Source: Gnetum montanum
Taxonomy: Eukaryota; Plantae; Gnetophyta
Assembly: GCA_015680685.1 (NCBI GenBank)
Contig: MNCI01002155.1
Span: 88,040-152,039, forward strand
Length of the DNA stretch: 64,000 nucleotides
Direction of reading: 5' to 3'
Shown: positions 14,574-29,807 of the stretch, piece by piece
Layout: every line of letters begins with the position of its first letter
Position numbering within the stretch: position 1 is the stretch's first letter
Notes under the pieces: model-generated
Database searches by the model: none
What the model was told of the DNA's origin: nothing
The model's input: the letters and a program-made list of their open reading frames with translations, nothing else
Position numbers and translations under genes: made by a program

Positions 14574-14578
14574 AATGA

Positions 14579-15130
14579 TGTAACAAGTCTTGGCACAAAC
14601 AAGAGTAAGAACAATTCTAGATCCCCCTCTTCCAATGTATCTAGAAACTACCGACTCTCTTTAAAATTAAGTAGTTCCTGTGGTGTCTCCTCCACCAAGG
14701 TTTACCTATCCGCAAATGTCTTGATATCTTGGGATTCACAGTCCCAATTGCCCTCTTTATGGTGGTAAAGAGGACTTTCCTCATGTGTTTTGGCTTTGCC
14801 CCTTCGCACAACATGTGTGGACATGGGCTTTCAAAGTAATTCCATTGTGTAAGCTATTTCAAGATGATGTTATATTTGGCCTTTTGGCCACCACTTTTGC
14901 TAATTTTAAATTTCTATAAAAAGTTATTAGGCCTATTATTCTATATTATATTTGGAAGCATAGATGTAATGCTATTTTTCAAAGGATTGATTATTCTAAT
15001 AAATGTCATCTAACAATGATGGAGAAATTGTAAATATTCTGCCTCATTCTTCCAACTCAAATCTCAAACATAAAGTTCAAAATGGATATTCATTAGTTGA
15101 TTCACCTCCTCTAGCCTTGGGAAAGACCCA
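14579..15130 (+). mobile_element. 3' part of the LINE (ORF2 C-terminal zinc-binding region)
   Basis: PNCPLY(C)GGKEDFPHVFWLCPFAQHVWTW at ~14745-14825 and YIWKHRCNAIF at ~14950, typical of the plant L1 zf-RVT C-terminus. Confidence 0.85.
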
Positions 15131-15468
15131 TGTGTTTAAGCAACCCTCTTCAACAAAAATCGCTGCATAGAAGCTTCCCTTTTTACATTTGATTGGAGTC
15201 ACCATATGGGAGTCTCTCTATCTTCTATCGAGCACTATCTACCTCGTCCAAATTTCTGCCACTCTCTCTTGTAATGGGCCGGTTGGTTTTGGTGGTTGGT
15301 AGTTCCTCAGATTGGGTTTCTTCCTTTCACGAATGATTATTTATAAGGACGTTTCCAAAATTTCATGTCCAGTAATCTAAGTTTTCCATATTTTTTTGTC
15401 TTCATAACTTAATGAGGTATATATACTTACACTCTTTTACTATTAATAAAACTTCTTTTCGGTCCGAC

Positions 15469-15720
15469 AACCCTAGCCCCCTCCCCAGCCCCGCCCCTTT
15501 AGCAAACTTGAAAAGTGAATGCTTCACGGTTTCAAATCTCTGAGAGTTATTGGGTTTACCAAGCCCCATCGAATGCTCTTATCGCCTTGCACAAACCCAC
15601 ATTGCAATTTCTATTGAAATCCTGTAACATATCAAAAACCCTATTTCCTCCGGTGCAGAAAGCCTCCGCTTAAAACCTTAAAACGCAGAACGAAGTAGCA
15701 GACTTAGAGAGAGAGAGAGG
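15469..15720 (+). promoter_or_regulatory. RPL19 proximal promoter/leader with telo-box and GA tract
   Basis: AAACCCTA at 15636-15643, with another at 16021-16028 in intron 1. AACCCTAG at 15469 and a (GA)n tract at ~15707-15719. CpGs are retained. Telo-boxes are typical of plant ribosomal protein genes. Confidence 0.65.
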
Positions 15721-15746
15721 CGGAGGGCAGATCCAAGGACGTAGTC

Positions 15747-17518
<1,772 letters not shown>

Positions 17519-18894
17519 GGCACTTTCAGTTGCAGCTACTAGGTTATGAGCAAAAACATCCATAAATTTTTCTGGCGTTATAGGTTGCTTACAGTCGAGT
17601 TTTTGCTACAATCTTCAAGGGGATTGGCGAAGTTATTATTAATTATACTTAGTTTATTGGTGCAAAGCGCAATCTATTTTTTGACAGCATTTGCTAAGAA
17701 CTCATTCGGATCACTAATTGGATTTCAATTTCTTGCCTATTGTATTTCTGACATATTAGTAATTCTTTCCAAAAAATTTTCTCAAGTTTTATGAGTGTTT
17801 TTGGTTAAATGGTTTTTAGCCTGTTTGCTTAAATACAAGGATAATGTGAAACAACGGATTTGTACAACGGCCTGGAGTAAAAGTTTACAATGTACTGTTA
17901 TCTGAATTAGGTTTTGTGTTGTTGCTACCTGATTAGAAGGTGTCGTCGTTGAAAAGAGCACTTTTATCTGACATTTTGAGTTAAACTGGGGGAGGTGACA
18001 GGTCCGTTCTGTATACGAAGTTATGTTTTTGTGTTTTGCAACATGACTAGTGCAATTGCTAAATGATCAACATTCTTAGTTTGTTTTACCTTACGCCGTT
18101 TCATTATAGGTCTTTTGCAGCTGATGATTTCTGCAAGGGTGCAGTTAATTTGAGCTTTTTGTATCGTTGCTTATAAGCAGCGATGGTCTTTAAAAGTTTA
18201 TAACTGATTGCTTTCATTATGACCATCAAATTTGTGTTAAGATAATCATTTTTAGAGTTTTATTTCCATCGAAGTTGCGGGTGTTTGGGGTGTGAACATG
18301 ATGTGGGTTGTTGATATATATGAGCTGGAGTTTGTTAATGTTTGGGGCTTGCATTACAGGGGAATAACAGGCAGTTGGTTAGACTCTTAAGCGTTCCATT
18401 TTTTGAAACTTTGACATGCCCACAGAGGCTTGGGACCCAGTGGAAACGGTATCTGCTCTTGACAAGTAGTTAACTAAATAGAAAGTTCTAATATACATTT
18501 GGAATCAAATTTAGTTCTGATCCGTGTTATCCCTTTTAGTGGCCCTTGGTGTTCATCCTCAATGCTCATCAAATGTCAAGTCTCAGGTACAAAGAAAATA
18601 TTAGGTTATTGTTAACGGAAGAGCAGGTTGAAATGAACCTAATGAAATGAACGTGATCAGATTGTTTTAAAGTTGTATCTTTTGTAAGAGAATTTATGCG
18701 GTTGGCAACAAGGTTAGGAGAGATGGTTGGTTGGAAAAAGTTCACCCTAGGGTGGAGGGAATATGGTTTGTTGGTAAAGGATAACCTTACCTGGTTGGGA
18801 AAAATTTACCTTATCTATATGGTGTAGGGAATTTATGTGGGTATATATATATATCTTTATCAATTGAGATGATTTTAATCAAGGATGAGGAAAT

Positions 18895-19223
18895 AAGATA
18901 TTTAAAAATGGAATCACTCATCTTTTTGTTTTTCTATCATTTACTCAATATAGTTTTACCCTTGGTCAAGTTTGTTGTGTCTTTGTTTATTTATGGTGTT
19001 TTTGTTTATTTATGGTGTTTTTGAGCTGTTATGTATGATAGAGATTTATTTCTGTATGATAGAGATTTATTTCTCAAAAACACTATGAACAATGGTAGAA
19101 CAAGTGTAATGTGATAGAGAGGGTAAAACTGAATTAAGTGGTTAAGTGGTAGAGAAACAAAGGAGGGATGATAGAGAGGGTAAAACTGAATTAAGTGGTA
19201 GTGATTCCGTTTTTAGATATTTT
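18895..19223. repeat. Imperfect foldback / MITE-like inverted repeat
   Basis: AAGATATTTAAAAATGGAATCACT pairs with AGTGATTCCGTTTTTAGATATTTT. AGTTTTACCCT pairs with AGGGTAAAACT. ATGGTGTTTTTGAG pairs with CTCAAAAACACTAT. Internal short direct duplications are present. Confidence 0.7.
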
Positions 19224-20429
19224 GTCACGTTGTCAAAATGGCAATGTTGAAAAACTTTACTAGTGTTGGCTTTGTGAACCAAAATAAAAATAAGTTGAGT
19301 CATAGCTCAAATTATAGAGAAATTATAACTTGAGTCATGTCTGGTCTTTAATAGGGGGCAAGTTGGGGCAAGTTGTGACATCTGTCAAAATATGACAGAA
19401 ATGAAGATCTTAAATCTGTTAAGTCAAAGCTTTGGATGAAGAGGCATCGCCAACTTCCTTCTGGTTCTCCTTCCTTTGGGAGTTTTCCATGGGATGATGG
19501 GCCTAGTTCCTTTAATGTCTTCTGTTGGATTCTCTTGGTCGGTATCTCTGTTTTGTCGGTACCTGCATGTGCATAAATAAACATGCCAACAAAATTTGCA
19601 CCATCAGCCTTTTTAAAAGGGTTAAGAGTACCAAAGGTTATGAAAGAGTAACTCGGAATTATGTAATTGAAAGAATATGCTAACTGCCCATAAAAGGAAT
19701 CTAAACATCTTTGTCATATATGCAAATCATCACCTATAGGTATGTGTGTTTATATATATAATCATATTTTTTTCATTTAAATTGAGAATAAACAATCATT
19801 AGCTGAAAAATAGCATGAAGAAAAAAATGCTACTTGTCAAGGCTCTATGTTACTACCTCCAAAAAAACATGACATCCAAGATAACATTGAAGGCATTGAA
19901 TCAATAGAGTTGCCTTTAAATTTGAAGCATAAATTTCAAGGTTTAATGTATCATACTACTTCAGGTTATGCTTTTAAGATTATATCACCATGCCAAATCA
20001 CATATTCCAAAAAGGGAACAACAAATAGGAATTTGGGCAAGTAAAACTGAAAAATAGGTAGACAAATCATATCTAAATGACATGATAGATTCATTTTGGT
20101 GTGCACAAAGAGACAAATATTGAATTGGCTATGATGTCTCATAAAAAAGAAAAAAAAATCATGTAAAATTCCATACAATAGAAATATTAATTAAAATCTC
20201 ATATGAGAACATATTCAAATACTACAAGGCTTAGAAATATGGTTCCTAAAACTTGTATAAATCATCTTCACTTATTAGTATAAATCATCAATTATCAATA
20301 AGGCTATGCTTATATGCATAATCTACCATATGAGAAAAATGTAAAATTGAAATTATCAAATGAGTCTTAGCATGGAAAGATAAATGCATTATTTTTTTAA
20401 CTTTTAAAATTCAAACACAATCTTTCCAA

Positions 20430-21430
20430 TACCCATCTAGACATCTAGTTTGTTCTAAATTATCTCCCTTGGTTTTTGCAAGATTTACATAAATCACATT
20501 GAAAAGCTATGAAGTGGGTTATACGATATCTAAGAACTACAATAGATTATTAGATCATATTTCATAAACATGAAATTTCAAGATATGGGAATACACTAGT
20601 GTGGACTAGGGAGGTGACCTTGAAGATCATAAATCAACTTCTGGTTTTTGTTTTTTCTTTCATCCATTACTTATCTCCTGGGGATCAAAGAAACAAACTA
20701 TAATCTCCTTTTCAATAGTAGAAGTAGAATACATAGTTGCATCAAACGTTGTTGCTAAGGTCATATGGATCTCCTCCATTTTCATTGAAATGGTATATAC
20801 ACTTGAATCTCTTATTTGTTTATACTATGATAGCACAAGTGCTATTGCGATGGCTCATAATCCTATTCATCATGGACATTCCAAAAATATAGATATCAAA
20901 CACCATCACCTCAGAAGCTTAATTTTAGACAGCACACTCAACATAGAGCATCATGGAACTGAAGCACAAATATCAGATATTTTTACTAAGATTTTGAGCT
21001 GTAAGAAGTTTGAATCTTTTAGAGACTTCCTTGGAGTGGAATCTCTAACCATCATGGGGGGTTTGTGGAATATGATCATTAGATATTTCACAAAAGAATT
21101 ACATAGATTTAATCCATAAATCTATATTAAATAAGATGAGATCCTATTCATGTAATTTCTATTTAATCCCATGATTAGATAATCCTTTATTAAGAAGATC
21201 CTTAAATATGATAATGATCATCTCCATAATTTCTTAGATTCATGCTTATCTCTCCATATCTATTTTTGGGAAATCCAGGCTTGTATAATTTTAGTAGCAT
21301 ATGTTCATTAGTAAGAGGATTGAAGAGAATCTCATAAGAGTGTGTTTGTTTTAACTAAGTTTTTTATTTTCTTTTAGCTTAGATCATAGATTTAGGCCCC
21401 TATAGGTTTTTCATTCATATCATAGAAACA
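20430..21430 (+). mobile_element. Ty1/copia remnant (RT end, RNase H, PPT, probable 3' LTR 21064-21430)
   Basis: KWVIRYL, GGDLEDHKSTSGF, SWGSKKQT, DSTSAIAMAHNPIHH..SKNIDIKHH and QISDIFTK. ATGGGGGG PPT followed by TG...CA. Confidence 0.85.
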
Positions 21431-22058
21431 ATATCATATCTCTTGTGATATTGCATCAATGATGTTGCATCTATGATATCATGCATATAAAAAACTATAT
21501 ATATATATATATGTGTGAATCATTAACAAAATTTTCATTTCTACCAAGGGGAGTTCATGTCATTAAACCATATCTTCCTCTGCCTATTCAATTTGAGCCA
21601 TTCTTAAATCCTTTTTCTCTTAGAGCAAGCATTTTAGTTGCGGGGAAGAGCATTGTGCATAATTTTACGAATTGTGTGAATTTTTTCTAATGTCCAAAAG
21701 ATTAATCAAGGGTAAGTATTATAAACAATAATAAGATTTTAAATAGATTTGAGCCACTAAACTTAACATTTCTCTTCGATTAACTATTCGAACACTTTTT
21801 AACAATAAATTGAAAATAGTGATAGGTTATTCAAGCTAAAATTATTTTCAATTGTTAGAAATTTTTTTTAATTAAGTATTTTTGGAATTAAAAATTTTTC
21901 TAAATTGGTGAATTTTCTAAAGTTTGCAGTCCAAACTAAAAATAAGATTGGTTGTTTACAATGATTTTGATTAAAACTCAAAATCCAATGAAGGGTTATG
22001 AACATTTAGAAATTTTTTCAAAATATTTGGGTAATCTTTAAATTTATTATGATTATAG

Positions 22059-24842
22059 ATGCCACCAAAAAGCGTATCCAAAGTTGGAGGACCATCACAA
22101 CCTAGATAAAGGAGGGCTAGTGAAAGAGGAAGAGGAAGAGGACAAGGTACAGTAGACTTCTCTTGTGGAGCAAGAGGTATAGTCCTATTCAATTCAATAG
22201 TTCACACCTGCAATAGGGTAATCTATGTAAGTAAAGCTGATGCACCACTTGCTCTAGAGTAAGGACAATGCCTTAAACTTTCCAATGAATGCTTATAAGC
22301 CATTTAGAAGAAATCTATTATATTCACTATAATAGTGAAATTGAATTTTGGTCCATTCATGGAGTTCAAACTTATAGAGGTTTGTGAACAACTTCAAGCC
22401 TCACATTTGTAGCCCATCATTTTAAGTAATTGTAAATGGTATTTAGGATAAGTCCATCAATTTTGACACAAACATAGGATGATGCAACTATTAAGATTAA
22501 GGAAGATGCCATACTCAGTCGAAGCTATTGCAAGAACACTAAATGTACCAAATGTCAGAGCCAACATCATCCATATCTGCATAGGGTTTGACAAAGTGTA
22601 AAAAATTTATGTTTGTAGAGGACATATGAGACTATTGAAAAAAAGTATAATTGATTGTTTATGGCAAAAAATATTTAATTTAAGATTGGAACATATGAAA
22701 TCTTCCCAACTAAGAGACTTAACCAAATTTCTACGTATGCTACTAGAGGAAGTACCATTTTAATGGGGAAATTTTAGGCAAATATAGCAGACTTATTATT
22801 TCAAGAAATTTAAAGAAGGTTCAAGGAAAAGAAGATAGAAAATCCCTCTCTTTCATTTCTTTGTCTTATTAGAAAATTGTGCAGGCAAGTAGGAATTTTG
22901 GGATATAAAAATGATGTGATTTGAAAAGCCAAAAAATGTCTTATATGTAAAGATTTCAAGCCTAGTGTCACCTAGGAAGGATCAAGTAGAAAAACTAGTA
23001 GGCATTGAGGCTACAACAAAGTCAAGACCAACAAAAAACATCTTAGTTGTAGAAACAAAATAGGAGAAACCTAGTGGGTTAACTCTAGCTATAGAACAAG
23101 CAGGACCAAATGCACTATCAACACAGTAACTTGACTATAGGTCTTCCATGAGCCATTTACAACAAATCATAGAAATAATCAATTAGGACAAAAAGAAGTC
23201 TCTAGTATGTATAGAGTTAGAGACAACCAAGTAGACTTGTAGTATTAATAGGACCTACTTGTGGTTAAGTATCTTTGTAGGTAGAAGAGAATGATGATTG
23301 GGCACAATAGATCTTTAGAAATGCTGCATCATTCCAAGTGGTGTTAGAAACTAGAGAAGGAGCTATCATGGTGGTAATGTAATACCAAGATGTAGCAAGA
23401 GTAGTAGAGATAATCAATGCTCACATTAAGAAATCATTCAATGTTCTTGTTGTGCTATTAGTGGATATTTCTAAAGTTAAAGATGTGCAAAAATTATCTA
23501 GAACATTAGTAAAGGAGATTATGTCCTCTACAAAACACGAAGATGCATTAGACAGATTGTTACATACAAGAAAAGTCATACAAAATCTCTTTACTATTCC
23601 CAGTGATATCAATGAAGTATATTCAAACTTGATCTCCACAAAAGAAAAACTGGTTATGGTAGAGACAAGAATTTAACACATAGAAAATGAAGTGCAAAGG
23701 TAACAAGAAGAATTAGTTGCATTAAGAAATGAAAGGAAAGACCCTACATGATATGCTCCACTAGACTAGTTGTTGTAGTCCAAAAGCAATCAAATTGAAT
23801 AGTTGATGACTATACAAAGGCATATGGAAATGAAGAAACAAAAGGTAGTTTGGAATGCTTTAATTGCAAGAGCTCAAATGTACACCCATGCTAAAGCTAT
23901 TATTGCTTTAGAAGATGAGAATAAGAAAATTACTGCAGAAAAATTTAGGTTGATGAATATAGAGAAATAAAAGAACATGCTTTAGAAAAGCATCCATTAG
24001 TTGAGAGAGTAATTCACTAGAGTCAACCTTGAAATAAGACAGTTGACCCAAAAAAAAACAAAACCCTATGAATGGAAAAAGTGTGTCTAGTAAGACGGAA
24101 ATCAATCATTGAAATCAAAACATGGAAAAATGAGGTAAAAAAGCATAAAGAATATTTTAGAGATCAGGTGGGCATGTATAAGAAAATCAAGGAGAAGGAA
24201 ATCTAGATGGGTAAGGGTAAGATAAGCTCCATTACATAGTATTTACCTGATTGATAATCCATCCTAGATATTCTTGCTTTAGTCCATCAAGCTAAGCTTA
24301 AGAATAAAGACCTACACATAGAATATTTGACAAAGTACAAGGGTTTTGAAAATCTACACTATGCTAGTTTGGCCATGTTGATAGCAAGAAGATTTGGAAT
24401 AGAGTTAAAGTAACAATTGTCGACCATGTATTCTATATATAAAATAGAGTTTGTGGATAGAAAAGATGCACAAAAAAAACTTCACATTGTGAACTATAAA
24501 CTTTAAGTTGTCAAGTTAAGTTACCAAGATTAGAAAGATGTTTCCACAAATTTTTCTAGAAGAATGATAGACTATTAAGAATTACAAAAGATGGTGAAAA
24601 CTTTTAAGGTAGAAAGAACACAATTTGTAGCATGGTACACTAAATCCAATAAGATGTTTCCAAAACTTCCATATTCTTAGGAAATACCAACACCAAATAA
24701 TAAAACCAAATTGGCATGGATAGTACATGATCCTAGGACTAAAGAAGAAATGCAAAAAATGTTGTTGAACAAGTATAAATTTAAGAAGCTAGATGGTAAA
24801 GGGAAGAAGTTGATGAAGGAGCCATTGCCACTAGGAACTTGA
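22059..24842 (+). pseudogene. Decayed extra ORF (env-position eORF) of element E
   Basis: Starts MPPKSVSKVGGPSQPR..RGRGRG. SVEAIARTLNVPN at ~22516, an E/K-rich coiled-coil-like stretch at 23.4-24.2 kb, and an end at DGKGKKLMKEPLPLGT*. Confidence 0.65.
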
Positions 24843-25078
24843 ACAGATTACATCAAGCTTCCATTTTATTTTTTTGTTAATTATTTTTTCATGAAGCTTG
24901 TCATGTATCAATTGATAATTTTGTAATGCCACTTGAACAAAGATGTGGGATTCATAGTTAGTAGTTAGTCATGTATATATGTCATGATGTCAAGTCCATG
25001 TAACCTTACCTATTGTAATGAAATTTATCCTTCTTTTGTTTAAACTTGAGGATGAGTTTTTAATTAGTTGTGAGGGTA

Positions 25079-25915
25079 TGATGAAATATTTTAATTAAGA
25101 ACTATGATGTTTTAGATACAATATCGTAGCTTAGAATAAGATGTCGTAGATATGATATAGTGGACCATGATCATACCTATAAATACGAGTCTAACATCAT
25201 GTCAAATCATGAAGTTTTACCAATACTTAGCAAAATTCTTGTAGTTTATTTTTGTAAAGTTAGAGTTAGTTTTACCAGTTTTGTGAATCATAGTTGTATG
25301 ACATCTTTATTCAGGTAGATCATTCTTAGACATAATTCATGAGTGACAATAGATTGAAATTTTTTTTCATCACCGTAACATCTTACATAGAATAAATTTA
25401 CTTTTCAATGTCATTTACATTTCTTAATTCATTTACCATTAATATGTTCATTAATGTGGGAAAAATAAGTATGGCTAGTTTCAAACATAAAGTGTAATTT
25501 TTTGGTAACCTAGTAGTGACTTTACTTGATTCTCTTAGTGGTAAAGTTAATTGGTAATTCTAGTAACAATTACATTAGCCCAGGATGTGTATGGCAAGGC
25601 AGGATTAAATACTTATCACCACTAGGCTAGAATAGCTTTATATTTCCACTATACTTAGAAATAGAATTTATAATCATTTTCAATATGTTTACCTTTAGCA
25701 TACTAAGAGCCAAAAAAATCATTTTAACATATATCTTACTAAGAGTTAAACCAAACATTTTGCACTTTGTTAACTCTAAGTTAGAAGACAATGATCATAA
25801 ACTTCTTACTAACTCACTAGTATCCTTACATTATCCATCAAAGAATTATGGTCTAGTCATGTATGAACAGTTGTAACTTATATGATTGAGTGTTGGAATC
25901 ATCTATCACTCATCA
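25079..25915 (+). repeat. 3' LTR of element E
   Basis: TGATG...CATCA with CCTATAAATA at ~25176. Motifs are colinear with the A LTR. Confidence 0.8.
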
Positions 25916-27580
25916 TCTAGGGAACTAGTTGTGCTTGCATTTCATGATCTTAAAGAAGCCTTGGTCAACATGGGTTTGGAGGATGAATGTCACATATAAG
26001 AATCATGAACCTATGTATGAAGATTATGAACCTTTTTATGTGTAGAACCTTCATGATTAAACAATAGAAGAGAAGGCCAACCATAGGTTTTCATTTGGGC
26101 ATTTAGATGAAGAGTAAGAGGATAAAATAGATAAGAAAGGCAAAGGGCCAATCTACCATGAAGGCCCATGATTAGGTTTCTTCATTCCATATGTAGTCCA
26201 AACTCTAAATGATGACTTCCTTCATAAGTTTTATTATTTTCATTTGTGTGGACCTTTTGGTGGCGATGATGATTCCCCTTTATTTGACTGAGGTTGTTAT
26301 CTTGAATTAAATGAAGTTGTACACATTCTAAGGAAGTACATTTGTGAGAGTAGAATCAAATGAATTAAGATGGTTGATGTACCAACATATAAAGGGTATA
26401 CTAGTGATGATACATAACTCTATATGCAAGCTTTTGATAATGCTTGTTATCTTTAAGGGATCATGAGCAATTGACAAAGGTTATGGTTGTTCTTCCATAC
26501 ATTCATTGAGCATGTAGAAACTTGGTACAAATCCTTAACCCCTAAATCAATTCACAGACGAGTAGATATGATTAGAATCTTCTATGCCAAATTTTAGAGT
26601 TATGCCTGAATTTCTAACATTTTGAAGGAAATGGATGGATGAAGGTAAGAAGCCAGTGAACCTCTTGACATTGCCATGAAGAGATATATGAAATTTTTGG
26701 TGTATAGGTAGATGCTTATTAAGAATCATTGATGATGCCTCAAGAGTACCTACCTGCTTCAAGCAATCCTACCAATCAAGCTTCTTAGTAATAACAACAA
26801 AAACTTCTACTTCCTAGTCCCATGTAAGGTGGGATCCCCAGTCATCCATATCTAAGGAAAGACAAATCATGTAATATTACCTACTATATCAATCTTGCTT
26901 CATATATAGGCATTATTAGTAATCTTTTATTGATTTGGTTGTGGGGGGAAGTTTGAGGTCTCATAACAGAAAATTCTATCGCAAGCATAGACGTGAGAGC
27001 CATGGGTCTTGATTTGCATCACCTTCTCCATATTGTGGAGAGGAAATTCATTAACACCAAATAAAAGTTCACACTTAGGATATCTTAGTGAAAATTCTTA
27101 ATTATAGCCAAAATGAAATATCTAATTTAGGATAAGTTTCAAAGCCATGTCTAGTAAAGTTTATAAGATGGTACTTGATGGTGACATTATCACCATTCCC
27201 ATGACTATGGTGGTAACATAGGTGGTCAAAGAAGGATGTTTGTCTAAAAAGAAATAAGATTCTTGTAGTTTCATGGTGGAAATCCAAATTGGTAAAAAGG
27301 ATAATTACCTAGCTCTTTGTAACTTTGGTTCAAGAGTCAATTTCATCTCATTGTAGTAGTATCTTAATTAGGGGCTTACTCCTCTCAAGTGTACTAACAT
27401 TCGGTTATAGTTGGTAGACCAATAATATGCATACCTTGTGGGATAGGTATGTAATATGATCACTTCTATTGTAGGTTGGTCATTTCTCATAGATTTCTTG
27501 GTGATCAAGATAGAAATCAAGGTGGATAAGGATCTTCTTGTTATCATGGGGAGAGCTTGGTTAAGCATTGCTTGCACAAT
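25916..27580 (+). mobile_element. Old Athila-like gag/protease fragments (element F), cut by element C
   Basis: Decayed gag at 26380-26620 similar to A/B gag. Protease end VIMGRAWLS at ~27540-27567. Confidence 0.65.
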
Positions 27581-28821
27581 TGATGAGTCATGATTTAGTT
27601 AGTAATGTCAATGTTGCAACATTTGATCTAGAGATAATAAATGTCTATATAAATGCACACAAAAATCACATTTATGACATTGGTTGGTTGATAGCCTTAG
27701 CAAACCTTTATTAGTTTTTCATTGTAAAATTTAGAATAGTCAACGAGTGCTCATAACATGATTTGAAGAAATTGTTTGGAATCTTTAGTTGAGTGTTATG
27801 TACCTAGACCCATTTCATAAATAGAAATAAAGATTGAGATTATTTTACTGCATTATAGCACTTTGACTTAGCATAAATTTACATTCAATGTAATGAATTC
27901 TAGCTTAATATTTATTTTTCAATGCTATTAATTAGTAATTTACAATTCAATGCATGATAGTTATCATTATATAAGTATAACTAGCATTGAGAATAAATGC
28001 ATTAATGTTTAGTAATCCCAACAGTGTATTACTTAGTATGCTAAGTAGTAAACACTTTGTAACTTAACAACATTAGCATATGTTCAGGTTGTGTACAACA
28101 AGGTGGAAATGAATGTTTAACATTTAGGATAGAATAGATTTATTTCTTGCATTTAGGATAGATAATTTAGATTTTTGATCATTTAATGTTTTAATAATAT
28201 GTTAGACATGACCACTATGACATTAGTATCATACACCTCAATCACACTTAAGCATATGAACTAGCCCACATAAGTATGATTGGGAAGATAGTGTTTAGTG
28301 ATCTATCACCTAGCTATTTTGATACCTACAGTAGTGTAGTTCATGGGGTTTAAGTAGCGATCTATATGTTTGAATATAGGATTTACTATGGTACTCATCA
28401 TTGGCACTATTGCTAGGAATTGAGGTTAGTAATTTAGTTAGGTAGAATCATACAAGAATTGCTATTAGAGATTAAAATGATTTTTCTCATAGAAATAATA
28501 TTATTTAATTAATTTATTCAAGCACATTAAATTAATTGAAAGATGTCATCTTCTTATAGGACTAATTTCCCACCTATTCATGATTCTATAAGGGGATGTC
28601 ACAGGACAATAAAGAATAAGGATGATATGTTCTAGAATCTTAAAGTGGTCTTTTAACATCTAAATCCCTATTATCTAAATTTCACTTTCCTTCATTAAGA
28701 TGATCATTTGCAATGAAGGGACAAGGAGGTCAACATTATGTTATTATCTAACTAATTAATCCCATTACTTCTCATGGCTACATAAATGAAAGTAAAACTA
28801 GAAGTAATTGCCAATGACTAT

Positions 28822-29663
28822 TGATGGGACGCAATATCGCATGGGCCGCGATATCGCGTCTGCCACGATATCGCATCGTCCCCAACGATATTGTGTATGC
28901 GATATCACGGTGCGCCGCCAAGTTTATAAATAAGAGGCGGCTCTCCCTTGTTTTTCATTCTAGGCCTAGACCGTAGTAAAACTCTGGCAGTTTTCCCTCT
29001 CCAGAGATAGAATAATTTCCATGTGCCCGCAGTAGGAGCTCCAAAGTGAACAGATCTTTATTCGAGCAAATATCGTACATGAACACAAGTTTGTGTACGG
29101 AAATAAAGATGAACTTCTTGGATAAACCTTGCAGTGCATGGACTAAGCTAAATAGGCTAAATAGGACTTTACTTATTGTTATATATTATTTATCATTTAA
29201 ATGCTTTATTAGTTCATTAATTCTATCTCAACCCTTCTCTCCTAGTTAAGTGCATTTAGTAAGACTGCTTCGAGCACGTGTGTTACGCTTGGTGATCCCA
29301 GCAACGATTAGCGTTTGGTAACCAAGGTTGCATCGGTTCAGGGTGTGAACGGTAAGTGGGAATGAATACTGATGCTAGGTTAGTTAAGGCTTAGTTAGTT
29401 AGTTAAAGATTAGTTAATTAGTCTCTTCACCCTTCACCTCACTAGCATAGAAGATAAAACAGAAAAGATATAAAAATCACATACCTTAGACTTACTTAAC
29501 CATACAACTGTGACAAATACAAGTAAGTCTGGGAAGACAATGAATGATTAACCTTAAGTGTTCCATAAGGCGTATAGGCACTTAGTCTGCGGAGTTCAAC
29601 TGGATCGCGCTTGTAATGCTCGTATTAGTATGGTAGAGTGTAGGGGTACCTCGCCACTCATGA
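28822..29663 (+). repeat. 5' LTR of element B
   Basis: TGATGGGA...CACTCATGA. Near-identical to 35136-36001. Confidence 0.95.
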
Positions 29664-29807
29664 TTGGCGCCATTGCTGGGGACTAAGTGTTTGTGCGCTA
29701 AGTAGAACATAGGAAATCACTCACATCATTGGGAGCTTAAATGAACCCTTAGGGTTAATTAAAAAAAATATTATATAGCGGTTAATCAGCACACTGAATA
29801 AGACACA

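Larger units (their letters stand above)
21431..25915 (+). mobile_element. 3' portion of an Athila-like element (E): long extra ORF plus 3' LTR
   Basis: The CTTGAGGATGAGTTTT..GAGGGTA|TGATG junction is shared with A and B. The LTR at 25079-25915 ends in CACTCATCA. The left boundary is approximate. Confidence 0.75.

Noticed and set aside
3973-14578. TSDs (AATGA, ATGAT) resembling the LTR terminus TGATG as target-site specificity
   Set aside because: Only three TSDs are available, the background is AT-rich, and ACTAT does not fit.
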